Of a stretch of DNA of 64,000 bases, positions 1 to 11,380 are shown one piece after another. Positions within the stretch are counted from its first letter, which is position 1; every line of letters starts with the position of its first letter. The notes under the pieces were generated by a model that did not search any database, had not been told where the DNA came from, and worked only from the letters and a program-made list of their open reading frames with translations. The stretch is from Oopsacas minuta (lineage: Eukaryota; Animalia; Porifera): NCBI GenBank assembly GCA_024704765.1, contig JAKMXF010000349.1:113228-177227 (forward strand). Reading direction: 5' to 3'. Both the position numbers and the translations under genes were made by a program.

Positions 1-392
1 TATTTTTGTTTAGCGTAATTTTACTAATTTAAACAATCTCGCTAATACGAATCTCTGATAAGACGAACAATATTCGTACATTATCAGGTCCCTACAACCG
101 TACTTCAATGGTTATTTCTCTGGTTTATGAACTCCGGAAAGGCGAATAAATTTTAACCATAAAAGTATTCTACTATTTCAGAAATGCAAATATTTTGTTA
201 TATTCTTATTCGCCCATGTAACTAAGATATTCTTATACATCGATATCCGTCAATCTACATAAATTCATCTTGTTCACGCTTATTCTCTGCTTTATAATTA
301 ATAGTATTTTATACATCAGCGTAATTAGATTTTAGTTTGATATACTTAGTATTTTATAAGGTAAGTGGTCGAATACTTTTGTCCTTTGACTG
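1..392. mobile_element. Right end of a Tc1/mariner-type element (TIR ...GTGGTCGAATACTTTTGTCCTTTGACTG followed by TA); left part lies outside the window
   Basis: 365..392 closely matches the TIR of the MITE at 55688..56589 and is followed by TA. The extent of the element inside 1..364 is not verified. Confidence 0.55.
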
Positions 393-539
393 TATTTTGG
401 AGAACTAATACTCACTTCCTCTCTATAATCTGAATTATTGTACACAATTTAAATAATAATGATAAATAATAACAATAATAATATTAAAAATTTAGTGCCA
501 CACCCCAGGGCTGATTTTTGCCATACAGGGAGAGGTATT

Positions 540-3500
540 CACAATATGGGAATATGGGGAAATAGTCATATTTAAAAAACATATTTCAATGCATTTTTCA
601 AATTCTCCATAGTTCAATTAGTACGAAAATATCATTGGCAGCATTAGAAGCAGTTAGGAATCCTAACTACGCGCAACTTTGTTGTGTGCTTCTAATAATA
701 GAAATATATATTTTCAAACCGTAAATTCCTATGCCCTAATGTATGTAATCATATTTGATGTAAATACTAAATATAAGAGTGTAAAACATCATCTCGTAAT
801 AAATCTATATTGTAACAACAATTTAATCATTGATAGGCTAGTCTAGATATTAATTTGTACTTTGTTCCGGGTGTCTAGTTTGGCCCTCCAAAAGTTATAA
901 TTTGGAATTTCTTCTCATTGATTGAAGTGTAGCATCTCTTGTTTGACAAAATTTGACAAAACGTTATTAATATATACGTAATGTTACTATAGTTAGTCAA
1001 CTATTTAATCACTTTCCAGGCTTGCCAAAAGCTGCCCAAAAATTTATCACTTCATTCATTGTCCGGACCGGACAAAAATCCGAAAAATATAATTTCATAC
1101 GTTTTAAATTTTTCAGTAAAATTCTATATTTTGCTGGTTATTAGTTATTCCAATACTCTACAACCATATATCATAATGTTTCTATGTTAGAGTAGCCCTT
1201 TTGCGGATCATGTCTGTACTAATCACGAACAACGAGGCATATAGTTTGTATATTTCGAATGGAAGAAGTGTTACAGTCTCTGTTAGGAAACTTATTGAGA
1301 ACAACCATTTATCCGATGAAGAAACTGCTACTCTCCATTTAAAATTTAAATCACTTCTAACATCCAGAGAGGCTTACCGCAGGAAGGATCTTGAAACATG
1401 GGATAACATGATTTTCCACTCTACTCATCTAACAATATCCAATCCAAGAAAGAAAATATCGCTTGATCCTGAATTTTCTTTAGTCACTGATTCTGAAAAT
1501 TGAAACTTTTCAGAACAGATTGTAACTGAATCCCGGAAGCATATTCTCGAATGTCACATGAAGACTTGCAGATCGAGACTTGGTGTTCTTTTAGAGCATG
1601 TGGACTTTTTAGCAGAGAGAAAAAGATTGAGCCTAAACAACTACTCGCTCTAGCTTTAGAATTAGTCTCAAATAACTCATATAACTGTGATACTTTAGAG
1701 ATGTGCAGAGAAATAATTGATGAGGGATCTTTTAGCGGTGTATTGAACAAAGTACAAATCTCTAAATGTGCTTATATATTGGACATCTTAGAAATTGGGG
1801 CGAGTAAATACACGAATCTGAAAAGAATTCTCAAAGGTGATGTTAAGCTTCCTTCCTATAAGCTTGTCTCGCAATATCGTAGGGAAATAAGCCTAATAAA
1901 TGAAATGGAAATAGTTAGAGACCCCGAAGCATTGTCAATTGGGACTTGTGTCTCTTATCATTCCATCCTTGGTCTGACCATTCAACGCTTGCTTTCAAAA
2001 TTAGACCCAGTTCCTGATTCACACTACCCACTAATAAATTGAGATATCTGATGGATTGGATGGCTCCGGTTGTCATAAAACCTATAACCAACAAAGCAAC
2101 AATTCTGTATTAAGCACAAAAACTTGCATTTTGTTCGGATTCAAAGTAATATCAATTACAGACACACTTGGAAATGACGTGTTCTATAACAGCTCACCCA
2201 ACTCTCCGTTCTGCTTTAGGCCAGTAGCACTGATTGCTTTGAAAGAAAAATTTTCCAATGTAAAGCTTATCATGAATACAATAGTCAATCCTCAAACAGA
2301 CCATATCATACAGGATGGGTTATCTCTTATTGGAGGCCATGCACAGGTCGATATAGTCCGTTCTCTTTTTGATAACAAAAGTTTAGAATGGGCCCATTCT
2401 GGTTTCCCTATTAATACATTAACTAGCGACGCTCGGAAACTTTTTGAAAAGGTTGATGGAAAAGATTATTTGAAACTCCCATCAAAACAACTTGTTGGTA
2501 TTACGCATCAGCCAATTTCTAACATCGATATCATAGCTGCGTCTCCTTTGCATGCTTACCTTTGTGTATTCAGGTGGTTATTGCTGTTGATATACCATCT
2601 TGATGCAGGACACAAGGTATGGGCGCCATCAAACTCGAAAGTAAATTCTTCCATGAAACCGGTTCGAACTATACTCCAGGAAAATGTCATTTCAGTGTCG
2701 ATATCCCTTCAAGCTAGGGCGGCACTTCAACCACTGGTAACATTGCGCGAGAGTGCTTTTTAAATAAGAGAAACTTTTTGACGGGGGCCACTTCTTCCAT
2801 TAATCCTTCAGACAAAGTATCATTAGAGAAGATTCAGACAAATCTATCTGTTTGTTAAGACTCCTCAACTGTGGTGACTTGATTAACTGTGACAAAATGC
2901 AAGAATTGTGCAAAGAAACGTACGAATTTATTCTAGTTGAGTACCCATTGGCAAGCATCACTCCATCTTTGCACAAGTTACTTGCCCATTCGTTTCAGTT
3001 AATAGGTGCTTACAATAATGGTAAGGGATTACAGAACTCTCTGAGGAATGTTTAGAATCCTGCAATAAATTTGTAAGGCGGTATCGGGAGAATCTTGCAA
3101 GAAAAACTTCTTTCACAGATAATGTTAGAGATATTTTAGTTAGGTTGTTATGTTGTAGAGCCCCATCTTAGTACAGAATCGTTTGATGTACGCAAAGAAG
3201 AAAGGAGAGTTTGCAAATAGCCTCCAAGGATATTATATAATAGTATACTATCAGATAATTTATGATGATAAGTATATCCAATAGTCATACATAATTATGG
3301 GTCTTTAAATTGTACGTTATCAAATAGCAGAATAGAGACCATGACATGCATGTATTATTGACTTTCATAATATCCTCACTAATGAACCACAAGTGTTAAA
3401 AATTAGAAAATGTAAGTAATTACGTCATAACTAGGTTTATAGTCGTGCTACTAAAAAATCATTGGTATTTTTGAAATCTACAGTGTCGATTTAGTATATG

Positions 3501-3571
3501 TAAGTATAATTGTGGTGATAATACCGATTCATTTACCTATTTCCCCATTATGGCCATTTTGCCACACTGTG
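540..3571 (+). mobile_element. Transib/RAG1-like DNA transposon, complete ends, defective transposase (copy 1)
   Basis: 5-bp TSD GTATT at 535..539 and 3572..3576. Left end CACAATATGGGAATATGGGGAAATAG; right end (reverse complement) CACAGTGTGGCAAAATGGCCATAATGGGGAAATAG. Contains RAG1/Transib transposase motifs. Confidence 0.93.
1210..3265 (+). pseudogene. RAG1-core-like Transib DDE transposase with nonsense, frameshift and deletion lesions (end coordinate approximate)
   Basis: Across frames: ISDGLDGSG (Asp at 2059), FYNSSPNSPFCFRPVALI, SLFDNK (second Asp), GITHQP..SPLH, GGTSTTGNIARECF, ITPSLHKLLAH and SEECLESCNKFVRRYRENLARK (Glu at 3055). These parallel RAG1 CDG, PNSELCCKP, YDEK, KGVSAKP..DALH, NGNFAR, TNYFHKTLAH and SEGNESGNK. 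In-frame TGA at 1501; frameshifts near 1621, 2040, 2700 and 3038. Confidence 0.9.
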
Positions 3572-5203
3572 GTATTTGGGCCTGACTCAGACAGTTTTGA
3601 GTCTTTGACGAAATTATTGTGCCATTGCGACCTTTTTTGGATTTTCGAAAAATCACATGATTAGCCACACTGCTCAGCGATCTAGCAAGCGAAGGGCGCT
3701 AGTGTTAAATAATTAGCTTGTTTCGAAGATGCTCATCTTGCGAATATATGGATTAAATATAGATATGTATTAAATATATTACATTGCCGAGGAGGAGATC
3801 AAATGGGGTGGGCGGGGATGATAAACAAGTATATTATTTTATATGGCTATATTGTTTATTGCCACTATTTCCGTGATTCTAATTTGGTAATTATGAATGG
3901 ATTCATGAATACTAAATTAATCTTATAGTAAACTATCGTTATAACGAAGAGCTCGATACGCGATACATCTCGTTGTAAGCAAAGCTAGAGAAGGACCTTT
4001 TTCTTTCAACCTATAGTGAATAATGAATCCCTTCTTTATGACTAGAGTTTCGTTATATCAGACAGACTTGGTTGTAGATAACGGTAGTTGACTGTATCTT
4101 AAGATAACACAATAATCGAGCTATGGGGAGCCCTTATAGTCTTCTCCCAGTCGGAATATATGTTGAAGCCACAACTCATAAGTCTCATAATCAGTGTGAC
4201 AAAGTGAAGGCTGGAATATATTCATCTTTATCCCCCAGTGCCCCTCGATTATTGTGGTGTACAATGTGTGCTTTTAACGGTAGGTTACTATTGAAAATTG
4301 TTCCGCGAGACTGTATTTGAATGGCCGTTGTTGCATGAGATCGTTATACTAAGTCCGTTAAGCATATTCCACTGCACTGCCCTACTGAAAGTCAACGAGT
4401 GGGAGAGTATAAAGAGTATACAATCGCAATCAAATTAACATTTGTCATAGTTTCTATATTTCTGAATATCTAATTGAAGAAATTTAGCTTTCTCCCAATA
4501 ATACGTATATACATATTGATTTTAATTGGATTGCGTGGTCCTAAATCACAAAAATGTATGACTAATGTAAGTAATGTTACACTAAAAGGCCTGATATATA
4601 AACTAGTAAGACACTGGCTTTAAATTATTTGTGTATAGTCATTAACACTTTTTTATACTTGCAATCCTATTATGCAATCTAATTATGTTTTTGGGATATA
4701 TTTATGTAGGCAGGCCTTGGTTATGGTAGCGTAGAGTATGGATAAATGTGGAGATCATGCAATTACTCACTATTTTCAGGAGTATAACCTTAGACCTAGG
4801 ATGCAGGGCTAACAATTAATGCTGATTATATTTCACTCGTCTTGTGCTGTGTGGGTTAATATTGATATTTATCGTGTCAGATCTTAAAATTTATCCAAAC
4901 TTTACCAACAAGTATTAAAGTGTTAATGATATCAGACCACGAACTTATCAATCACTCCTCGTAGAATAATTTAGAATAGCACTAGAAGGCAATATAATAA
5001 TTATTTGAAAATTTGAAAGTCCCTGGTAATTGCCATCCACGGTCCAGGATTCGAATAGAGTGTCTCTAGGGTCTAACATACCCACAAAGGTGAAGTCGAA
5101 CCATGTTACTATTTGGCATACATTGTTGTTTAATATGCAATTTATTTATCCCTTGTGCATTTCAAGCCTCAATTAGTTTGATATTATATCTACATATATT
5201 TGT

Positions 5204-5794
5204 ATGGCTCAAGCAACCAGAAATATTGATAAATTAAATCTCATCGTTGCTTTTGACAAAAATTATGGAATTGGTTTGAAGGGCAAACTACCTTGGCCAC
5301 GATTAGAAACAGATTCATTATATTTTCAAGAAAAGACAACAATTACGTTAGATCCCAATAAGCGCAATGTTCTTATATCAGGTAGGCTAACTTGGGAATC
5401 TATTCCCTTGAGAGCACGCAAAAACATCTATAATAAATGTTTTCGAGTGGTATTGTCAACAACTTTTGAAAATGTAGAAGAAGCCGATATCACTTCTAGT
5501 TCTCTTAAGAAAGCAATGGACACACTCTCAGCACATCCAGACTACAACTACTTCGAATCATTTTGGATAATTGGTGGTAGTAAAACTTATCAAGAAGCTC
5601 TGGATTCATCATGCTGTCTCAAACTATATACAACTGTATTGAATCAATCTTTTGAATGTGATACATTCTTTCCATTAATTAATTGGAGTAATTGGGAGGA
5701 AATTAAGGATCCAAGTCTCGGTATACCTAATACAGTCGAAAAGAATATTAGCTATCAATTCAAGATATATACGAGAATTCATCATATTCACTAA
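5204..5794 (+). CDS. DHFR: Dihydrofolate reductase, animal-type, single exon, 196 aa
   Basis: LIVAFDKNYGIGLKGKLPWP, GRLTWESIP, WIIGG and FECDTFFP motifs align along the full length with known DHFRs; uninterrupted ATG-to-TAA ORF. Confidence 0.95.
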   Translation: MAQATRNIDKLNLIVAFDKNYGIGLKGKLPWPRLETDSLYFQEKTTITLDPNKRNVLISGRLTWESIPLRARKNIYNKCFRVVLSTTFENVEEADITSSSLKKAMDTLSAHPDYNYFESFWIIGGSKTYQEALDSSCCLKLYTTVLNQSFECDTFFPLINWSNWEEIKDPSLGIPNTVEKNISYQFKIYTRIHHIH

Positions 5795-6212
5795 AACCCT
5801 TTCAATCCAAATTCAATATATCTTGTTTATAGTGTAGAATTTTCAAATTGGGTCAACTCAATGGAATGAGTTACAGAGTTAATTCTCAAAATAATTCGTT
5901 TTCTAATACAGTATACCCTTGCCAATTTGAACAACATTGTTGATAGCAAATATTCGTTCAAGTTAGTTAAGTACATTAAAACAACACTATGAGTATATCA
6001 TTTCAAATGCTTTACAAACGATGAATTTCTGACTGACTAGAAGGTCTAATATGGTATTGTGGATTTATCAGATACAGAATTGGATATATTAGAGTCCTTT
6101 TGAAGTTTTTGTAACATTTTCAGTGGTTATATATATAACCTGTAGACGATGTTCTGAGTAGTGAGGGTATACTCTACAATCTATAGCACTTGGATAACCC
6201 AATGCTTGGGAA

Positions 6213-6396
6213 CAGTGTTCCCTCTAATTTTCAGTGTGCAGCATCTGACTGGGGCGCAGCCAAAATTACGGGAGTATAACCAACTATCCAGAAATACAGG
6301 TAGTAATGTGAGAAGTTCAGGCGAATATTCTGGAGTTAAACATTTTAAAACCAATTTTAGGCGGATGCCTCCCAGGATTTATTAGAGGTAACATTG
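6213..6396. mobile_element. hAT-type MITE (184 bp)
   Basis: TIR CAGTGTTCCCTCTAAT / ATTAGAGGTAACATTG; exact 8-bp TSD CTTGGGAA at 6205..6212 and 6397..6404. Confidence 0.9.
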
Positions 6397-6702
6397 CTTG
6401 GGAATTCAGAAAAATTGCATGCCTAGCTGAACGTAACTGCTATCCGCTTTTAATTACATACTTCTACAATTAAATAGATGATGTTTTGTTCAGAAGTGTG
6501 CGCTATATACTATTTCGTCTATCAAAATCAACTCCTTTTCTTGCGCGAGTTGAATCAGTTGTTTGTCATCAAATGAATGAGACGAAAGAGTTTAGAACAC
6601 CAATTGGGTTGGTGGTATGGAAAGTAGGTATGTTTCTCCAGTTACTGGGCAGATCTAGTTAAATGACGTACTAAGGAATTCTAAACACTATGTGAATGTG
6701 CT

Positions 6703-8795
6703 CAGGGCCGTCGAGAGCGCGAGCGGGCCCCGGGACATAATTTTTGGATGCGTTCCCCTGATATTTTGTTCGTTATCGTGAAGTGAATAAACTAAACGCA
6801 AACTATCGCATTCGTATTATATATATATTAAAAAATAGAATCCTATTTACAGGGTGTAACGAAAGTGTTGTTACCTTTTATTTTCCTATGAAAATCTTAA
6901 ATATTAATGAACCATACATAGTTTGTTTCCTATACTTTTCTTAAGTATAGTTGTTGTACTTTAGATTATTTCTGACTACATTAATTACTTATTGTATTCA
7001 AATATTTGAATTTTTTTCCAATTTTAGCAATGTTACATTATTTCGTATTAATGGATGTCCGTGATCATGGAGTCTTGCTTCGTTCTCGAGATATAGGCAT
7101 GTTAGATGTAGGGCTCACACAGAAGAAAGTGGCCCAAGACTTGAATGTTTCAATCTCTTCGGTGAAACGATTGTCTAGTTTGTATAAAAAGGTAGTTCAT
7201 TAGTGACTAAACCTCGTTCAGGGAGGGCTCCTATTTTGAAATGGGCGGATAAAATTCTTATTTCCAAGTCACTCGGTAAATGCAGGTAATCCACAAGAAA
7301 ACTTGCACAGAGATTGAAGAATAGAGGCAATCCTATATCTCATATGTGTGTGTATCGTCATTTGACCGAATCTGTGGTGTTAGGTCTTACAAAAGGCAAG
7401 AAATACCTCGATTATCTCAAAAGAACATCCAAGATCGTCTGAGCTTTGCTCGGAAGCATCAAAATTGGACAGTTAACCACTGGAAAAGGTTCTCTGGCCA
7501 GATGAGTCTCCCTTCCAGCTCTTTGCAACGCCGAACAAACAAAATAATCGGGTTGGGCAAAGAATAAGCAATATGTTCCTTCGGTCTTTTCAGTTAAGTT
7601 TCCAGCAAAGATTCATGTGTGGGGCATGATGTCACATCAGGCACTTTCAGAACTGCATATAATCCCTCAAGGGCAATCAATAAATAGTGCATACTACGTT
7701 AATCAAATTTTGGCCAAGACTTGTATGGAGGCAGTTCACCGTTGTCGAAATAATGGATCGGTTTTAGAGAGGCCAATGTTAGAAAATATGTCCGAATTCA
7801 TCTTTATGCAAGATGGTACACCGGCACACACGGCCAATGCAACGCAGAAGTGTTGTCAAGATCATTTAAATGCTTTCTGGCGTAAGATTGAATGGCCTGG
7901 GAACTCCCCTGACTTAAACCTATTGAAAACCTTTGGGGAATAGTGAAAAAGAAGGTTGATGAAGAGGGCCAAATCACAAGGAGGGAACAGCTAATAGAAA
8001 CAGTAAAATCAGCATGGAGAGACATTAGCTCAAGTGTTTTAGAGAATTTAGTAGCTAGCATGCCGGCACGTATAAGAATTGCATTAGAACAGATTGTTCA
8101 TATATAAACCGATAATATTTCGAATCCCTCAATTATATTATAAGTTTTAATGAATTATCTAGGGTATCAACACTTTCGTTACACCCTGTACTCTTATATT
8201 TTATGAATTTACAAATTGCCTATAGCTATAGGGCTATAGAGTTTATGATGTTAAGTAGTATAAATGAAAAACTAATACTACAAAGCTAATACTTCCAGAG
8301 TTATTGTAGTTAAGAACTGAAAAATATGAAAAATTACGGTCAGTGTAATTAACAGAAAGCTTTGTGTGCCTTCTTCATTGCAAAATCATTGATTATGTCT
8401 TGAAAGTCAATACGCATTTGCAAGTTCAGCCTCGATGGCTAACATTGCGAGATCGTTCAGTCTTCCTGACTCATAGTGCTTCTCAGAAAGTTCTTGATGA
8501 TTTGCAACTTACAGGACCCAAAGATTCATTTCCAAAATTAGCAATATGGATGGCTTTAAGATAAATCGCCTCTTCTCCCAAATCGTTTTGGGAAATATCA
8601 TCAGGATACTTCTTTCCAAAGACTGGGTTTCTAGGAAGGATTAAATAACAAAGTTATTACTCTGCCCAGCGATGTCTTTATTTTCCCCTTTACTTGTCTA
8701 CTTAATGCAGCCAATAAAGCCCATGCATACCTTCACAGACAGAATTTCTCGGGCCCCGGGGTAATTACCCCGCCTACTCCCTCTCGACGGCACTG
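6703..8795 (-). mobile_element. Internally deleted hAT element carrying a nested Tc1
   Basis: TIR CAGGGCCGTCGAGAG / CTCTCGACGGCACTG; exact 8-bp TSD AATGTGCT. Minus-strand remnant of the hAT dimerisation domain (..KLQIIKNFLRSTMSQE.LNDLAMLAIE..) at ~8360..8560. Confidence 0.9.
6850..8188 (+). mobile_element. Tc1-like element, DD37E class, degenerate transposase
   Basis: TIR CAGGGTGTAACGAAAGTGTTG / CAACACTTTCGTTACACCCTG with TA on both sides. Fragments SDES, MWGMMS and QDGTPAH..WPGNSPDLN(P)IE give 37 residues between the second D and E once a 1-nt deletion is allowed. Confidence 0.92.
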
Positions 8796-9231
8796 AATGT
8801 GCTGGTTGGTGGACTCGGATCAGGTATATGTTCAGTCGGTCCTAGGGATTTTAATTGTCGCGGTAATATATAATTGGTACATTTTGCCCGAATAATGCAT
8901 TATTTGTATTTTGACATTCCTCATTTGGTGGCGTAGCAATCCTTGGCATAGCGCTCCGGCATAGGGGTAGAATGATTGGGGCAGGTGGCGCATTGATTAG
9001 GACAGGTGTCGCAAAATCGGGGTATGTGGAGGGACATCTCCTGTCTCAAAGAAAAATACAAGTGGCGCAAATCCGCCACTGCTCACAGTCTATATCTACA
9101 AAGTATTCCTGGCCAAATGTTTATTTTCCATGCTAAAATGGCGTCATCTGATTGCTTACCTAGCAAATATGCTAGAAACCTGCTTCAATTTTGAATTATA
9201 TACAGAGGTCATTAATGGTTACTAATGTATA

Positions 9232-9692
9232 CAATGGGATCAAAGGATGCTTCATTACAGAATATCAAAATTTTGTCATGATAATGTCAGCAAGTTCCAG
9301 GGTTATATTCGTGATCATGGATGACATATTTATGCCAATATTTACCAATTACTAGACAAGGGTGGTGCATTTTTCAAGACAAAATTTGAATTTGTCAGAA
9401 TATTCGCAGGATGAATTGTCAGACAGATATATGCTCACTATTCTTTCTGTACTGAAGAGCTTTTGCTTCGTATTAGTGTCAGCATTTTTCTTAAAATGTA
9501 TTATTAGGGTATGGGAAGTTGGGTGTATGCAATATGTCAGATGATTCGCCATAACATTGAATGTTGTCAATTTATTGATGAATATTGGTCTAAATATGTC
9601 ATCCATTGTCACTAGCATATCTGAACATTATCATGACAAATTTTAGATATTGTGTACAGCAACATCCTTCGATCTAATGGTATAAATGTTTT
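9232..9692. repeat. Imperfect long inverted repeat (~110-bp arms), foldback/MITE-like; boundaries approximate
   Basis: GATCAAAGGATG..AATATCAAAATTTTGTCATGATAATG..ATGGATGACATATTT..CCAATATT (~9238..9340) recurs as the reverse complement at ~9581..9675. Confidence 0.65.
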
Positions 9693-10210
9693 AAGAGTAC
9701 ATGTATGAATTCATCTTTTCAGATTTCAAAACTGGTGCATTTTTCTGACAAATTTGCTAAGTTACCAATCCGATCACGTCCTTTTGGCCTAGAAAAAGTT
9801 TGTAGATGCTGACTGTGAGTATTGTCAAGTATCAACAATAAATTTATTACTATAAGAATTCCCTAGAACTGACTTAACATATCCCTGGCGTAAGTCCATC
9901 AATCAGCATCATTCCACTAGTGTATTGCTGCGAATGTACAAATTTATATTGCTTCCCTCTTACCTGGAACACATCAGTTATAATGAGTTAAACTCGAAAT
10001 TTCTATCTATCTCTTAGATAGAAAAACGAGTTGGTAAAATCAATTCATTTTTAATAGGAGTTTGAATTCGTTGGTTAGGGAAATTTAATTAGTTGTTATG
10101 CCAACTCTAAAATTTGGTTGAACTTTGACTTGCAGGGTAACAAATTGCCATAATGAGGGATTTGGCATGTATTTCTAGTGTGGGAATTGTAATTTTGTTT
10201 GAATACAGTA

Positions 10211-10470
10211 CACTCCCTGAACCAAAGTATTGGAACACCACACCACAACACCATTAATGAAACATGTGCCATATGGCACATTGCGAGAATATACGTACTG
10301 AATAATCTGAAAATATAACAGAAAAGGCGATTTTAATAATAAAAGTAATGATCGAAAGAAGTTCATAGATGTTTCAAATTATATTTAGCCTATGCAACTA
10401 AAGTAAATACATATTTGTGCCATGTGTCAATTATGGCAAAAAGTGTTCCAATACTCTTGGCAAGGGAATG
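10211..10470. mobile_element. Tc1-type MITE (260 bp)
   Basis: TIR CACTCCCTGAACCAAAGTATTGGAACAC / GTGTTCCAATACTCTTGGCAAGGGAATG with TA on both sides. Confidence 0.8.
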
Positions 10471-10589
10471 TATATCGATCTTGCGGAATTCAAATAAGAT
10501 ATCGGACTTTTAGTGGCATATCTGTTTTTCAGATTTGATAATTATTCATTATCAATACAGTCGACCCCGCTTGATTGTCCCAATTGAGC

Positions 10590-10760
10590 GAGCCAAGAAC
10601 GTGTTTTAGTCACCTGGAATTCACTGAGCTTCTGTATGTACCATCAACGTTCAATTGACACTAAACTAGCTGTAAGTCTTACTGCTACACTATTTTGTTG
10701 CATCCAGCTTTTAGCATATCAATAGCTTGCATGCGGACCTCTAAACCATGGCATCGGAAT
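10590..10760 (-). pseudogene. Short N-terminal fragment of a Tc1-like transposase (approximate limits)
   Basis: Minus strand reads RMQAIDMLKAG..VAVRL..S..IERWW, resembling the HTH start of the DD37E elements in this window. Confidence 0.35.
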
Positions 10761-11380
10761 TCATTTTCGAAATATTATAGTTTCAATATATTCAGACACT
10801 TTTCAAATTCGGTTAAGATTCAATAGTTGGGTGATGTCCATTAAATCTCCAATCTACTTCTCTAATAAAAATTCCACTAGTAACGACAGTATTATAATAA
10901 GATTATCTTACCAAGAAATGCATTATGATAGTAATCTATACCAGATAACACTCTGTATCAACTTTCTACATGTTTATGGCTGAATCGTATATAATTTCTG
11001 AGGAGAAAATCGTATCTATACATGATTTCGCCCGTGACACTTCAATTATGACATCTGCTTTTCATTAGTACGAAAGGTATTCGAAGCGATAATCTCTAGA
11101 TCGCCTAACATATTTTTCGAAAGAACTATTTAGCCAAAAGAATGTTAATAAAGTTTTGTTTTACAAAAACATTGTCATCTTTTTCAAATTTTCGCCTCGC
11201 CATACCCTTCTTAAAATTCAAATGCCTCTGGCTCTGCGGGTTGACAAAATATTACATGAAATTCTACATAATTTAACCTTCATGTCGCATAACTTTTAGG
11301 TAGGTTAATTTAAAGGAGTGCTGAACCTATGCACTCTGATGCAAATCTCGAAATGTAAATATTCAAAAAAACTGCGTAAA

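Larger units (their letters stand above)
503..3702 (+). repeat. Deleted copy of a Helitron-like non-autonomous repeat, split by the Transib insertion (503..539 and 3572..3702)
   Basis: Removing 540..3571 and one GTATT gives CCCCAGGGCTGATTTTTGCCATAC...GTATTTGGGCCTGACTC...TTTTGGATTTTC...CTAGCAAGCGAAGGGCGCTAG. This is collinear with the repeats at ~40440..41004 and ~42650..43235. Confidence 0.6.

Noticed and set aside
560-1200. Possible RAG2-like or other accessory gene inside the Transib element
   Set aside because: No ORF of 60 aa or more and no kelch or PHD-like pattern here or in 3270..3540; the space is too small.
1484-1750. Antisense ORFs overlapping transposases (also 13590..13856, 21736..22176, 37955..38461)
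   Set aside because: Shadow frames of recognisable transposase genes with no independent coding evidence.
5030-5065. tRNA or SINE B-box-like TTCGAATCCTGG on the minus strand
   Set aside because: No A-box or cloverleaf stems could be built.
8925-9085. hAT-like MITE ending CAAATCCGCCACTG
   Set aside because: The left end (TGGTGGCGTAG) matches poorly and no TSD was found.
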